Of a stretch of DNA of 35,236 nt, positions 17,101 through 26,146 are shown in pieces. The stretch spans positions 1 to 35,236 of IMG/VR virus record IMGVR_UViG_3300036783_000358. The stretch is one strand, 5' to 3'. Position 1 is the first letter of the stretch. Every line of letters starts with the position of its first letter. The stretch comes from a virus. Its lineage: Duplodnaviria > Caudoviricetes. A program made the position numbers and the translations under genes. Under the pieces are notes generated by a model that was not told the origin of the DNA, ran no database searches, and saw only the letters and a list, made by a program, of their open reading frames with translations.

Positions 17101-17293
17101 CGTATACCCTCCGGCTAACGCCTAATTTATTCAGTAACTGATAGCTTTTGCGGCGGTAGTACCAGTTAACAAGAAAGGTGCCGACACCCACGGCGGCCCC
17201 GACCATAAAGGCAATATCCTGCGGGGAATACTTACCAATCCACGCGAGGAACACCGCCACCGCGTAGGCTAAAAATGAGGTAATCCGCTCCAT
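17084..17293 (-). CDS. Holin (HP1/186 family)
   Basis: MERITSFLAY...GTFLVNWYYRRKSY; lies directly before the endolysin. Confidence 0.88.
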   Translation of the reverse strand: MERITSFLAYAVAVFLAWIGKYSPQDIAFMVGAAVGVGTFLVNWYYRRKSYQLLNKLGVSRRVYDELNR

Positions 17294-17295
17294 TG

Positions 17296-17499
17296 TTAAT
17301 CCCATAAATTGACAGTTTCACGCTGCGGCGCGGCGGTCACGTCCGGCAGCTCGACCGGCTGGCCGTGGGGCAAAATCGCCCCTGCATCGGCCAGCCCCTC
17401 ATTGAGTGAGTAAACCTGTTCAACTACGCCCTGCGTGCGCCCGTAATAGCGCCAGCAAATCGCGTCAACGGTGTCGCCCTGCAGGGCGTAGATTTTCAT
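17296..17499 (-). CDS. X: Tail protein X (LysM-like)
   Basis: QGDTVDAICWRYYGRT...VNLWD. Confidence 0.95.
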   Translation of the reverse strand: MKIYALQGDTVDAICWRYYGRTQGVVEQVYSLNEGLADAGAILPHGQPVELPDVTAAPQRETVNLWD

Positions 17500-17984
17500 C
17501 AGAGCAGCCCGATGATGCAGTGGGCACGGTCAGCCACATTGCTGATCGCGTTACGGGCCGAGCGCCACAGCTCATCAATGGACGCCTCGACAACATCCGC
17601 TTTGCGCCCGCCAGTGCCGGTGGTGTCCATGCTGCGGTATTGCTCAGACAGAATGGCCGTGGTCATGGTGCTGACCGCGTTGCGGTATTCACTCACCCGG
17701 ATGCTTTCGCCGTCGAGTTCATCGGCGGGTACATCCTCCAGCCGCTGATAGCCGTCGGCCATCTGGTCGCGACGGTAGATGTGCAGCTCGGCGTTGACTT
17801 CCGCCAGTGCGCTTTTAATCGCCAGCTGTAGCCGTGGGGCGGTGATCGTGCCTTCAATGCGCATCACGTCGCGCACGTCTGCCGGGCTGATATCCGGGAA
17901 GAAAAAGACGTTTTTAATGATCGGCTCATCCTCCGGGCGCGGTGCTGGCGCGTCCGGGCGGGGTTTTATAATGACGGTGCTCAT
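17499..17984 (-). CDS. L: Head completion protein L
   Basis: IKNVFFFPDI, MRIEGTIT, DELWRSARNAIS; synteny. Confidence 0.92.
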   Translation of the reverse strand: MSTVIIKPRPDAPAPRPEDEPIIKNVFFFPDISPADVRDVMRIEGTITAPRLQLAIKSALAEVNAELHIYRRDQMADGYQRLEDVPADELDGESIRVSEYRNAVSTMTTAILSEQYRSMDTTGTGGRKADVVEASIDELWRSARNAISNVADRAHCIIGLL

Positions 17985-17992
17985 GTGACCTC

Positions 17993-18058
17993 AAAAAATA
18001 GGGGGCGGTGGACGACGGCGTTGACGAGGTGGGACCTGTCGCGGCCATCGTGCCGCCC
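17993..18058 (-). terminator. Long imperfect hairpin plus U6 between M and L (possible attenuator or processing site)
   Basis: Nested GGGCGG/CCGCCC, ACGATGGC/GCCGTCGT and AGGT/ACCT stems followed by CCTATTTTTT. Confidence 0.5.
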
Positions 18059-18076
18059 GGCGCGGGGCGCGTTCTG

Positions 18077-18736
18077 TTAGCGGCTGGCGGCGGTACGTAT
18101 TGCCCGCTCCAGCCGTTCAATGTCCTTTTTCACGCCGCAGCCGTTATGCAACTGCAACGCACGTTTCAGGTGGTTTAACGCCAGTTCAGCCCTGCCCGTT
18201 TCGCGCAAGACGTACCCGGTAATTTTGTGCAGCTTGGCGCGCACTTGGTCGGGCATGTCTTCTGCGTCGGTGAGTTCCATGGTCTGCGTGAGGTGGTCAA
18301 TATTGACCGACTCCCCGGCCTCAAAGGCACGGGTTGCAGACTCTGCGACGTCTTCTGCGATGAGGTACGGCGTGGAGCGAGTGAAGTTGCCCGGCGGTGC
18401 CAGCTTGTAACGCAACGCATAGCGGGCAATGTCCAGTGCGCCGGGAATATCCCCAGCATCCAGTCGCCAAATCATGACCGTCATCAGAATGGCATCCTGC
18501 GCACCGTTACCTTCTGTCAGTACTCCGGCCACCCATGGGGCATAGCCCGGCAGCAGTTGGCGCTTGAGTTCGGCTTTACGCTCTTGTGAGCGTATCTGCT
18601 TGAGCTTTCGCTTATCTTCATAGAGTTTAAGCATCATCAGTTCATAGCCGTTGGCATGGCGCAGCGGGTCATTTTTCCGCTGCGCGGCCTCGACCGCAGA
18701 CTGGCGCAGAAGGTGACGGCGGGCAGGGCTGGTCAT
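18077..18736 (-). CDS. M: Terminase small (endonuclease) subunit M
   Basis: MTSPARRH, VMIWRLDAGD, DMPDQVRAKLHK, GVKKDIERLER. Confidence 0.95.
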   Translation of the reverse strand: MTSPARRHLLRQSAVEAAQRKNDPLRHANGYELMMLKLYEDKRKLKQIRSQERKAELKRQLLPGYAPWVAGVLTEGNGAQDAILMTVMIWRLDAGDIPGALDIARYALRYKLAPPGNFTRSTPYLIAEDVAESATRAFEAGESVNIDHLTQTMELTDAEDMPDQVRAKLHKITGYVLRETGRAELALNHLKRALQLHNGCGVKKDIERLERAIRTAASR

Positions 18737-18738
18737 GG

Positions 18739-19959
18739 TTACTTACCGCCTTTTGCCGCTTTGTCGTCTACCGGGGCATCATCGGTGCCTTTCAGCTCAG
18801 CATCAGCGACAGCTTCCGCCGGGGCTGTAGCGGCTTTCACGGCTTCAACAATGGCACCGGCCAACGTCTTGATGTCCTCGCCGGAGATTGGCAACGCCGC
18901 CTTGGTCTGCGGATCGGTTGGCTTGGCAGGCAACAGCGCAATATTTTCCACCAGACAACCGCAGGCGTAATCCTCCACCACATAATCCTCGTTGACGGAT
19001 TCGTAGTTTTCGATTCGATCACGCTTCGAGTTTTCCACCATATGGCGGCGGTGCGTATCTTCCTGCCAGTAAATTGACAGGTTATCCATACGGGTGATCA
19101 GCAGCGCGTCCGCCGGGAAATAAGGCACGCGCACGGCAGGCAGGTTGCCGATGCGCTTCTGGCTAATAATCAGGTCGGCGGCCATTGCTTCCGTGTTCGG
19201 TTGTTCCTGATTGACCAACGGAAAATACTTGTCGGCCAGTAACTGACGGCCACAGATCACCACCAGTTCCGGGTCTTCCTGATACCACTGCGCAATCAGG
19301 CTGTTGGTCGCATCCATCACCAGTGCGTCGAGGTTGGCGTAATCACCACTGATACCCACGCGGATTTTGTCGGATACCACGTTGCCGTCCTCGCCCACAA
19401 TTTTATCCATCACACGGCTCGGCGCGTTTTCGCGGTACTTTTGCAGCCAGCCCGGCGCAATGTCCTGCAGCAGTGGGAACTTGATGCGGTTGGAGGTTTT
19501 CGCGCGGTGTGTACCGTTGAAGCCAATCATGATGCGGTCTAACGCCTGACGTTTCACAATCGCATCGCGTAACCGGGTCTGGAAGTCCTGATAACGCGCC
19601 CACAGGTCAAGGGTGTTGTAGCGGATGTGGAAATCGTAGTTCACTTGCTGACAGAAATAGCCCTCCGCATCCAGCGTGGCAAAGTCGGCGGTTTCGCGCT
19701 CATCGCCGCCAGCGGTATCGGTGGTGCTGGCGATAGTGCCAGTGACATCCATCCCGATTTTTTCCCCTTTCATTTCCCGCACCGGCAAGATATTGATGCG
19801 GGTCAGGAATGTGGAAGAATCCTGTACGCGGGTCATGATGGTCTGCGTGACAGACGGCTCTACGCTGAATTTCTTATCCAGATCGCCGGTGTCGACGCCG
19901 TTCAGCTCGGCAATACGGGACATAAAAGCATTAAATTTAAAACGAGTTTGCTTGCGCAT
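18739..19959 (-). CDS. N: Major capsid protein N with C-terminal extension
   Basis: FSVEPSVTQT, ALDRIMIGFNG, IGNLPAVRVPYFP, ENYESVNEDYVVEDY; 406 aa. Confidence 0.97.
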   Translation of the reverse strand: MRKQTRFKFNAFMSRIAELNGVDTGDLDKKFSVEPSVTQTIMTRVQDSSTFLTRINILPVREMKGEKIGMDVTGTIASTTDTAGGDERETADFATLDAEGYFCQQVNYDFHIRYNTLDLWARYQDFQTRLRDAIVKRQALDRIMIGFNGTHRAKTSNRIKFPLLQDIAPGWLQKYRENAPSRVMDKIVGEDGNVVSDKIRVGISGDYANLDALVMDATNSLIAQWYQEDPELVVICGRQLLADKYFPLVNQEQPNTEAMAADLIISQKRIGNLPAVRVPYFPADALLITRMDNLSIYWQEDTHRRHMVENSKRDRIENYESVNEDYVVEDYACGCLVENIALLPAKPTDPQTKAALPISGEDIKTLAGAIVEAVKAATAPAEAVADAELKGTDDAPVDDKAAKGGK

Positions 19960-20001
19960 TTTTATTCCTGTTTTTATTCGGTTTTATCGGGTGTTATTGC
20001 C

Positions 20002-20850
20002 TTAGCAATCGGTCATTACGTCCTGCGCACCGTTGCCACCAGTAGCGTCCGGGCGGGTCGGTTGGCTAAAGTTTTCAGTAGTGGAAAGCTCCGCTTTCAG
20101 TTCGCTGAAAGCACTGTTGCCGGTTTCTATCTGCTGCTTGAGTCCGACGATCTCTTCATTGAGCGCGGCGGTTGTTTGGGTAAAACGCGCTTCCGCCTCT
20201 TGTACCTGTTCTGCCACGGTCATCACTGCGCTTTCCATTTCATTGAAGCGCACATCATCCCCAACCTGTTTACGGGTAAACATCGCTTTAATACGGCTGG
20301 AAAATGAGTTTTCCGGGTCGGTAATTTCGTCAAACTCAATCAGTGCCTCAGCGGCAGCAGTGAATAAATTTTCCGGGTCGGATTTACGGCCTGCCAATGG
20401 GTTCTTTTGGGCACGCTGGCTAAACTCCAGCATTTCAGTGCCGAGGCTGGCCGGGTCATCAGTGACAGCCAACCCCATAAGGTAGGTGCTGCCTGTTTTG
20501 GCAAAATCACGGCGGATCTCCATCGAGGTGTAAATCTTCTGACTCGCTGCGACCATTGCCACTAAATCTGGTGTCGGCGTCAGTCTGGCGTAAAGCGCCC
20601 ACTTACCGTGCAACAGGGGTTCGTCCGGCTCGTCTATCTGCTCCGCTTTCAGCTCGACAACATCGCCATAACGACGGAAATCACTGGTCGGCAAAACACT
20701 TTTGATGTGTTCAAGGTTGATACGTGCCCCTCGCACTTTCGGGCTGTAGTGCTGCGCCATCTGTTTAATATCGTTAACGTCGATTTCTCGCCCGTCACAG
20801 GTGTCGCCTTCAACGCCGATGCGGAAAAACTTAGAAACTTTCTTTGCCAT
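20002..20850 (-). CDS. O: Capsid scaffolding protein/protease O
   Basis: Start reset to MAKKVSKFFRIGVEGDTCDGR (SD GGAG); INLEH, GLAVTDDPASLGTE, terminal TDC. Confidence 0.95.
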   Translation of the reverse strand: MAKKVSKFFRIGVEGDTCDGREIDVNDIKQMAQHYSPKVRGARINLEHIKSVLPTSDFRRYGDVVELKAEQIDEPDEPLLHGKWALYARLTPTPDLVAMVAASQKIYTSMEIRRDFAKTGSTYLMGLAVTDDPASLGTEMLEFSQRAQKNPLAGRKSDPENLFTAAAEALIEFDEITDPENSFSSRIKAMFTRKQVGDDVRFNEMESAVMTVAEQVQEAEARFTQTTAALNEEIVGLKQQIETGNSAFSELKAELSTTENFSQPTRPDATGGNGAQDVMTDC

Positions 20851-20880
20851 GTAAACGGCTCCAGTTGTGGTGGTTGGGTT

Positions 20881-20992
20881 CGGAGCTAGTTTCAGGGGAA
20901 TGGCGTCGCGTCTCAACGCGTTGCGGTTGGAAGATCTGAGGCACAACAAGGGCTTAATGCGAGTCGCTCGGCGCTTCCGTAGCCTTGGCAGC
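20881..20992. promoter_or_regulatory. Divergent late promoters pO/pP around a central Ogr site
   Basis: TTGT-GCCTCAGAT-CTTCCAA at 20946-20927; -10-like TAGCCT at 20980-20985 for P. Confidence 0.7.
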
Positions 20993-22765
20993 ATGAACAC
21001 TACACCGACGACAACCATCATCAGCGATCCGCGCCGCCAAGCTGCCTTGCTCTACTGGCAGGGCTTCTCTGTGCGCCAAATTGCGGAAACGCTGAATGCC
21101 AAAGCACCGACCGTGCAGAGCTGGAAACTGCGCGATAAATGGGACGATATCGCGCCCATTTCCCGCGTGGAGCAAAGCATGGAAGCGCGGTTAATTCAGC
21201 TCATCATGAAAACGCAAAAGGAGGGGATCGACTTCAAAGAGATTGACCTGCTCGGCCGCCAGATTGAACGGCTGGCGCGGGTCAATCGCTATTCCATGAG
21301 CGGCAACGAGGCGGATTTAAACCCGAATGTCGCCAACCGCAACAAAGGCGAACGTAAGCCCGTCGAGCGCAACCTGTTCAGTGAAGCGGCCATTGCCAAG
21401 CTTAACGATATTTTTCTGGGGGATTGTTTCGAATATCAACGCGGCTGGCACCGTGCCGGGCTTCAACACCGTATTCGCAACATCCTGAAGTCACGCCAGA
21501 TCGGCGCAACTTTCTATTTTGCCCGCGAAGCGTTAATGGATGCGCTGACCACTGGCCGCAATCAGATTTTTCTGTCAGCCAGCAAGGCGCAGGCGCATGT
21601 CTTCCGCAACTACATCATTGATTTTGCCCGGCAGGTTGATGTTGACCTAAAGGGTGATCCCATGGTGTTACCGAACGGGGCACGCCTGATTTTTCTCGGC
21701 ACCAACGTGCGCACCGCACAGAGCTACACCGGCAATCTCTATCTGGATGAATATTTTTGGATCCCGAAATTCCAGGAGCTGCGCAAAGTCGCCAGCGGGA
21801 TGTCATTGCACGCGAAATGGCGAACCACCTACTTTTCCACTCCGTCCAGTCTGGCGCACTCCGCTTACCCGTTCTGGTCGGGTGAACTGTTCAACAAGGG
21901 CCGCCGCAGCAAGAACGAGCGCATTCAGCTTGACCTCAGTCACAGCCACCTAGCAAAAGGCGTGCTGTGCGGGGATGGGCAGTGGCGGCAAATTGTCACG
22001 GTAGAAGATGCGCTGACCGGCGGCTGTAACCTGTTTGACCTTAATCAGTTGTCCCTTGAGTACGCGCCAAGTGAGTATCAAAACTTGCTGATGTGTGAAT
22101 TTGTGGACGATACCGCGTCGGTGTTCCCGTTCGCGGAGCTGCAAGGCTGCATGGTCGACACGCTGGAAGAGTGGGAAGACGTCAACCCGTACGCCGTGCG
22201 GCCGTTTGGCTATCGCCCGGTGTGGATTGGTTACGATCCATCAGAAGCCAACGGCGGCGACAGCGCCGGGTGCGCAGTCATCGCCCCGCCTATGGTGGCC
22301 GGTGGCAAATTCCGCGTGCTTGAGCGCCACCAGTGGCAAGGCATGAACTTTGCCGATCAGGCTCAGAAAATCAAAGACCTCACCGAAAAATATTGTGTGG
22401 AATACATCGGCATCGATGCAACCACCGTCGGGCAAGGGGTTTTCCAGTTGGTGCGCGAATTCTTCCCGGCTGCGCGGGAAATCAAATACACCCCTGAAAT
22501 CAAAACCGCCATGGTGCTAAAAGCCAAAGACACCATTGGGCGCGGCTGTCTGGAATACGACACCAGCCACACCGATATCACCGCCGCCTTTATGGCGATC
22601 CGCAAGACCATGACCGCCAGCGGCGCACGTTCCACCTATACCGCCAGCCGCAGTGAAGAAGCCAGCCACGCCGATGTCGCGTGGGCAATTATGCACGCCC
22701 TGTTAAACGAACCGCTCACCGCAGGCAGCGGCCACAGCAGCCCGAACATTTTGGAGTTTTATTAA
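20993..22765 (+). CDS. P: Terminase ATPase subunit P
   Basis: Start reset to MNTTPTTTIISDPRRQA (590 aa); LKSRQIGAT, LYLDEYFW, YFSTPS, GYDP, HADVAWA. Confidence 0.97.
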   Translation: MNTTPTTTIISDPRRQAALLYWQGFSVRQIAETLNAKAPTVQSWKLRDKWDDIAPISRVEQSMEARLIQLIMKTQKEGIDFKEIDLLGRQIERLARVNRYSMSGNEADLNPNVANRNKGERKPVERNLFSEAAIAKLNDIFLGDCFEYQRGWHRAGLQHRIRNILKSRQIGATFYFAREALMDALTTGRNQIFLSASKAQAHVFRNYIIDFARQVDVDLKGDPMVLPNGARLIFLGTNVRTAQSYTGNLYLDEYFWIPKFQELRKVASGMSLHAKWRTTYFSTPSSLAHSAYPFWSGELFNKGRRSKNERIQLDLSHSHLAKGVLCGDGQWRQIVTVEDALTGGCNLFDLNQLSLEYAPSEYQNLLMCEFVDDTASVFPFAELQGCMVDTLEEWEDVNPYAVRPFGYRPVWIGYDPSEANGGDSAGCAVIAPPMVAGGKFRVLERHQWQGMNFADQAQKIKDLTEKYCVEYIGIDATTVGQGVFQLVREFFPAAREIKYTPEIKTAMVLKAKDTIGRGCLEYDTSHTDITAAFMAIRKTMTASGARSTYTASRSEEASHADVAWAIMHALLNEPLTAGSGHSSPNILEFY

Positions 22766-23781
22766 TGAGTAAGCGTAAAGGCCGTAAGGCATTCACCTCC
22801 CCTACTCCTGCCACTCAGGGGCAAGATTTTGAGGCGTTCTCTTTTGGAGAGCCTTCTCCGGTGTTGGATAAGCGGGAAATTCTTGATTACATCGAATGCA
22901 CCGGCAACGGTAAATGGTACGAACCGCCGATCAGCTTTGACGGGTTGGCACGCAGCGTGCGGGCCGCCGTTCACCACAGCTCGCCGATGTACGTTAAGCG
23001 CAATATCTTAGCGTCAACATTCATCCCGCACAGGCTGTTAAGCCAGCAAGAATTTAGCCGTTACGCATTGGATTATCTGGTGTTTGGTAATGCCTTTTTA
23101 GAGGTCAGAAAAAACCAACTCGGCGAGCCACTACGCCTGCAATGTTCACCGGCAAAATACACCCGCCGGGGCGTTGAGCAGGATACCTATTGGTTTGTGC
23201 AAGACTGGAAAGAACCGCACCAGTTTGCACCGGGGAGCGTGTTTCACCTGATTGAACCGGATATTAACCAAGAGCTGTACGGTTTGCCTGAGTACCTCAG
23301 CGCGTTGAATTCTGCTTGGTTGAATGAAGCGGCGACGTTATTCCGCCGCAAGTATTACCAGAACGGCGCACATGCTGGTTATATCCTGTATATGACAGAC
23401 GCGGCGCAAAGTACCAGCGACGTCGACAGGATGCGCCAAGCCATGCGAGACACTAAAGGGCTGGGTAATTTCCGAAATCTGTTTATGTACGCACCAAACG
23501 GCAAGCCTGATGGCATTAAAATCTTGCCGCTGAGTGAAGTCGCAACAAAGGATGATTTCTTCAATATAAAAAATGCGACTAGGGACGATCTACTGAGCGC
23601 TCACCGCGTGCCACCGCAAATGATGGGAATTATTCCGAACAATACAGGTGGGTTTGGAGATGTAGAGAAGGCTAGTCAGGTATTTGTACGAAATGAGTTG
23701 ATCCCTCTCCAAGAAAGAATAAAAGAGATAAATACTTGGCTAGGGAATGATATAATTAGATTTAACTCATATAGTTTTTGA
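22765..23781 (+). CDS. Q: Portal protein Q
   Basis: ATG overlaps the P stop; WYEPPISFDGLA, YYQNGAHAG, AHRVPPQMMG. Confidence 0.97.
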   Translation: MSKRKGRKAFTSPTPATQGQDFEAFSFGEPSPVLDKREILDYIECTGNGKWYEPPISFDGLARSVRAAVHHSSPMYVKRNILASTFIPHRLLSQQEFSRYALDYLVFGNAFLEVRKNQLGEPLRLQCSPAKYTRRGVEQDTYWFVQDWKEPHQFAPGSVFHLIEPDINQELYGLPEYLSALNSAWLNEAATLFRRKYYQNGAHAGYILYMTDAAQSTSDVDRMRQAMRDTKGLGNFRNLFMYAPNGKPDGIKILPLSEVATKDDFFNIKNATRDDLLSAHRVPPQMMGIIPNNTGGFGDVEKASQVFVRNELIPLQERIKEINTWLGNDIIRFNSYSF

Positions 23782-23787
23782 TTTTAT

Positions 23788-23816
23788 TTTTATGCGCGGA
23801 AAAAACGCGCATAAAA
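23788..23816. repeat. Perfect 11-bp inverted repeat between convergent Q and the 459-aa gene
   Basis: TTTTATGCGCG-GAAAAAA-CGCGCATAAAA. No downstream U tract, so not a canonical terminator. Confidence 0.7.
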
Positions 23817-25196
23817 TCACTCGCTATCAGAACTTGTTGTCAATGATAAATCTTTTGGCTTAGCCTCATCTTCTTTTTTTACTTTCCCACTTCGCTTCAA
23901 CCCAACCTTGCTCAACATTGCATCTGCAACATCTGAATTCTCGCTTATAAATTTCTTGAAATTTTCCGATGCTAACATTTCCATTATAGGTGAAGAATGC
24001 GATGGTTCATCTATAAATCTGAGTGGGGCCTCTTCTAAGCGAGTCAGTGCATTTCCAAATAATCTTTGTGAAAAGTTGTCATCTAATTGAATAGCTTCTC
24101 GTCTATACCCTTCATACGCTTTAGATACTGACGCTTTAAACTCATAATCCTCAGCCAACCTAAATCGTTGCCCAATCTGCTTTGTTGCCAGCCATGCGAA
24201 CCATAATGGAGCCCCTACACTCATAAGTGACATAACGATTTGCACCGTCATTTTGAATGTGGAAGCATTGGGATCGGAAAAATAGTTACTTAGTGCCTCC
24301 AGTCTAAAGTACCCGACAATGGAAGCAAAAAATAGTGCACCTACAAGCCCACCAACCCAATAACGAATACTCATATTTAGTTTTTTAGCTTTATCTTCAA
24401 AAGCTCCGGCTAAACCTTTAGACGTAGTGGTTCTAAATGCTTCTTCACATTTATCTATGTAATCTTGAGCTTGTGATTTCAAAGCTGACATGTAATCACT
24501 GGCTTCTTGTTTACTCTTTCCTAGCAAGGATTCAATCTGATAATCACTTTTGGCGCAATCCTTATGAAATTGATTTATATCCTCATGTTTTGATTTAACT
24601 TCATCTATTATCTCTATGGATTGCTCCTTTATCTCCATCAACTCTGAGTTTGCATCTTTAAGCATATTTAGAGTTGTAGGCAAACTTTCAGCAGCATCAT
24701 ACGCTTCGTTGATTAATCTTATTTTGTTTTCTATATCAGAATTATCAGATGATATTTTTTCCAAATTAGATTTATACAACTCAAGTCGAGTTATTATGTT
24801 TTTTGGAACAAGAGCTCTATCATTTAATTTTTTAAATGAAAAGAAAGTACTTATGTTAAACTTCACAAGCATTAACATCGACATCAAGCTGAATAAAGCC
24901 GGGCTAGAAACCGAAGCATTTCCATGATTTATATGGGCAATTGTTTGATCAGCGTTACTTATCATCGAAATTGTTTTCTGTATGCTAAGCAGGTCTTCTG
25001 AGTCAGGAACATACTTTGTCAATTTATCTAGCTCAGCAGACATCCCAGTTATCATACTTAGAACATCATCAACGCCAAAAGATGGATGCGTGTAGGCACC
25101 TTTGTTTATAAATGGATCAGAGCCAATACTTAAATTGTTTATTTTATCATGGAGTTCAATCAGTACTGCCTTTAACTGGATAATATTATCGTCCAT
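23817..25196 (-). CDS. 459-aa coiled-coil protein with two C-terminal TM helices (candidate defence protein)
   Basis: AT-rich, lies between portal and cos. Long charged helical middle, GLAGAFEDKA-TM-TM-RFRLAEDYEFKASVSKAYEGY. Confidence 0.85.
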   Translation of the reverse strand: MDDNIIQLKAVLIELHDKINNLSIGSDPFINKGAYTHPSFGVDDVLSMITGMSAELDKLTKYVPDSEDLLSIQKTISMISNADQTIAHINHGNASVSSPALFSLMSMLMLVKFNISTFFSFKKLNDRALVPKNIITRLELYKSNLEKISSDNSDIENKIRLINEAYDAAESLPTTLNMLKDANSELMEIKEQSIEIIDEVKSKHEDINQFHKDCAKSDYQIESLLGKSKQEASDYMSALKSQAQDYIDKCEEAFRTTTSKGLAGAFEDKAKKLNMSIRYWVGGLVGALFFASIVGYFRLEALSNYFSDPNASTFKMTVQIVMSLMSVGAPLWFAWLATKQIGQRFRLAEDYEFKASVSKAYEGYRREAIQLDDNFSQRLFGNALTRLEEAPLRFIDEPSHSSPIMEMLASENFKKFISENSDVADAMLSKVGLKRSGKVKKEDEAKPKDLSLTTSSDSE

Positions 25197-25331
25197 TCTT
25201 ACTCATCTCTCATAGGTATCAAAATTCGAAAATAATTTCCTTGCTAACCAATTACTTTAAAATAATTTACTTTATTTCATTTGATTGGGGTCAATACATA
25301 ATTAACCTAACATCATAAGCATGAGCGCGCA

Positions 25332-25350
25332 ATGCTATCCCCGCCTCGCC
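25332..25350 (-). other. cos site (19-nt cohesive end)
   Basis: GGCGAGGCGGGGATAGCAT is 17/19 identical to P2 cos GGCGAGGCGGGGAAAGCAC. It is a GC-rich island followed by ATGCA/TGCAT repeats up to about 25476. Confidence 0.9.
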
Positions 25351-25537
25351 TGCCCGCTTTATGTGTCGCTTTTAATGCACTTGCATGATCCGGCGCGAAC
25401 CGCGCCAGTACTGACGCAATTCGCAATTTAGCAATGTTACATTAACATGCAAAATCATGCGGCATACTCATGCATCGAGAACTATCAATGCTCTGATTTA
25501 CAAAGGGAGTAGAATCACTCCAACATCAAAGCGCTTG

Positions 25538-26146
25538 CTACAATGAGAATTCTGTTAATGCACTATTATCCTGCGCGTTAATATGAATACTTGTAATTTT
25601 CCCTGAGGAAACAGCATTGAGAAATTCTAAGATTCTTTGAGGAGAGTCTTTAACCAAGGCTTTTTTAACCAAAAAACCTTCAATGTTTTTTAGGTTAAAC
25701 TTATTTGATATAGCTTCTAAATCCTGTAAGAAACCATCTCTTCCCTTAGCCCGGAAGTCGCGCATTATCACAGTATAGCGAATATCTAATTTAAAAAACT
25801 CGTCTCTCGTTAGTTCAGGTAAATGTTTTAACGCAAAAGTAAACAATGTTGTTATACCCTCATGAATTTTCATGCGTATATCGTCTTTTTTTGCCTTACC
25901 CTCTTTAAACTCAACAAAATAAAGAATATCCCCCACTAAAAACAAGCAATCAGGAGATTTTTCTTTCTTCCCCTCAGGATGACAAGAGGCTATATTATGA
26001 ACCTTATCGAAATTAAACCCTATCTCTTCAGAAACAATAAACCTTTTAACATCAGCAGTATTAAAGCTAAGATTCGAAACTGACTCTAACGCTGCAGGAT
26101 AAATAGCACATAACCTATCATAGATTAACTTTGCGTTAGAAGTCAT
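25538..26146 (-). CDS. PD-(D/E)XK-type nuclease, partner of the ATPase
   Basis: KSPDCLFLVGDILYFVEFKEG (P65-D66...E79-F-K81); start overlaps the 3' end of the ATPase gene. Confidence 0.78.
   Translation of the reverse strand: MTSNAKLIYDRLCAIYPAALESVSNLSFNTADVKRFIVSEEIGFNFDKVHNIASCHPEGKKEKSPDCLFLVGDILYFVEFKEGKAKKDDIRMKIHEGITTLFTFALKHLPELTRDEFFKLDIRYTVIMRDFRAKGRDGFLQDLEAISNKFNLKNIEGFLVKKALVKDSPQRILEFLNAVSSGKITSIHINAQDNSALTEFSL

Noticed and set aside
20851-21021. Extended overlapping N-termini of O (21021) and P (20867) in the ORF track
   Set aside because: Homology starts at 20850 and 20993; the interval is the divergent promoter region.
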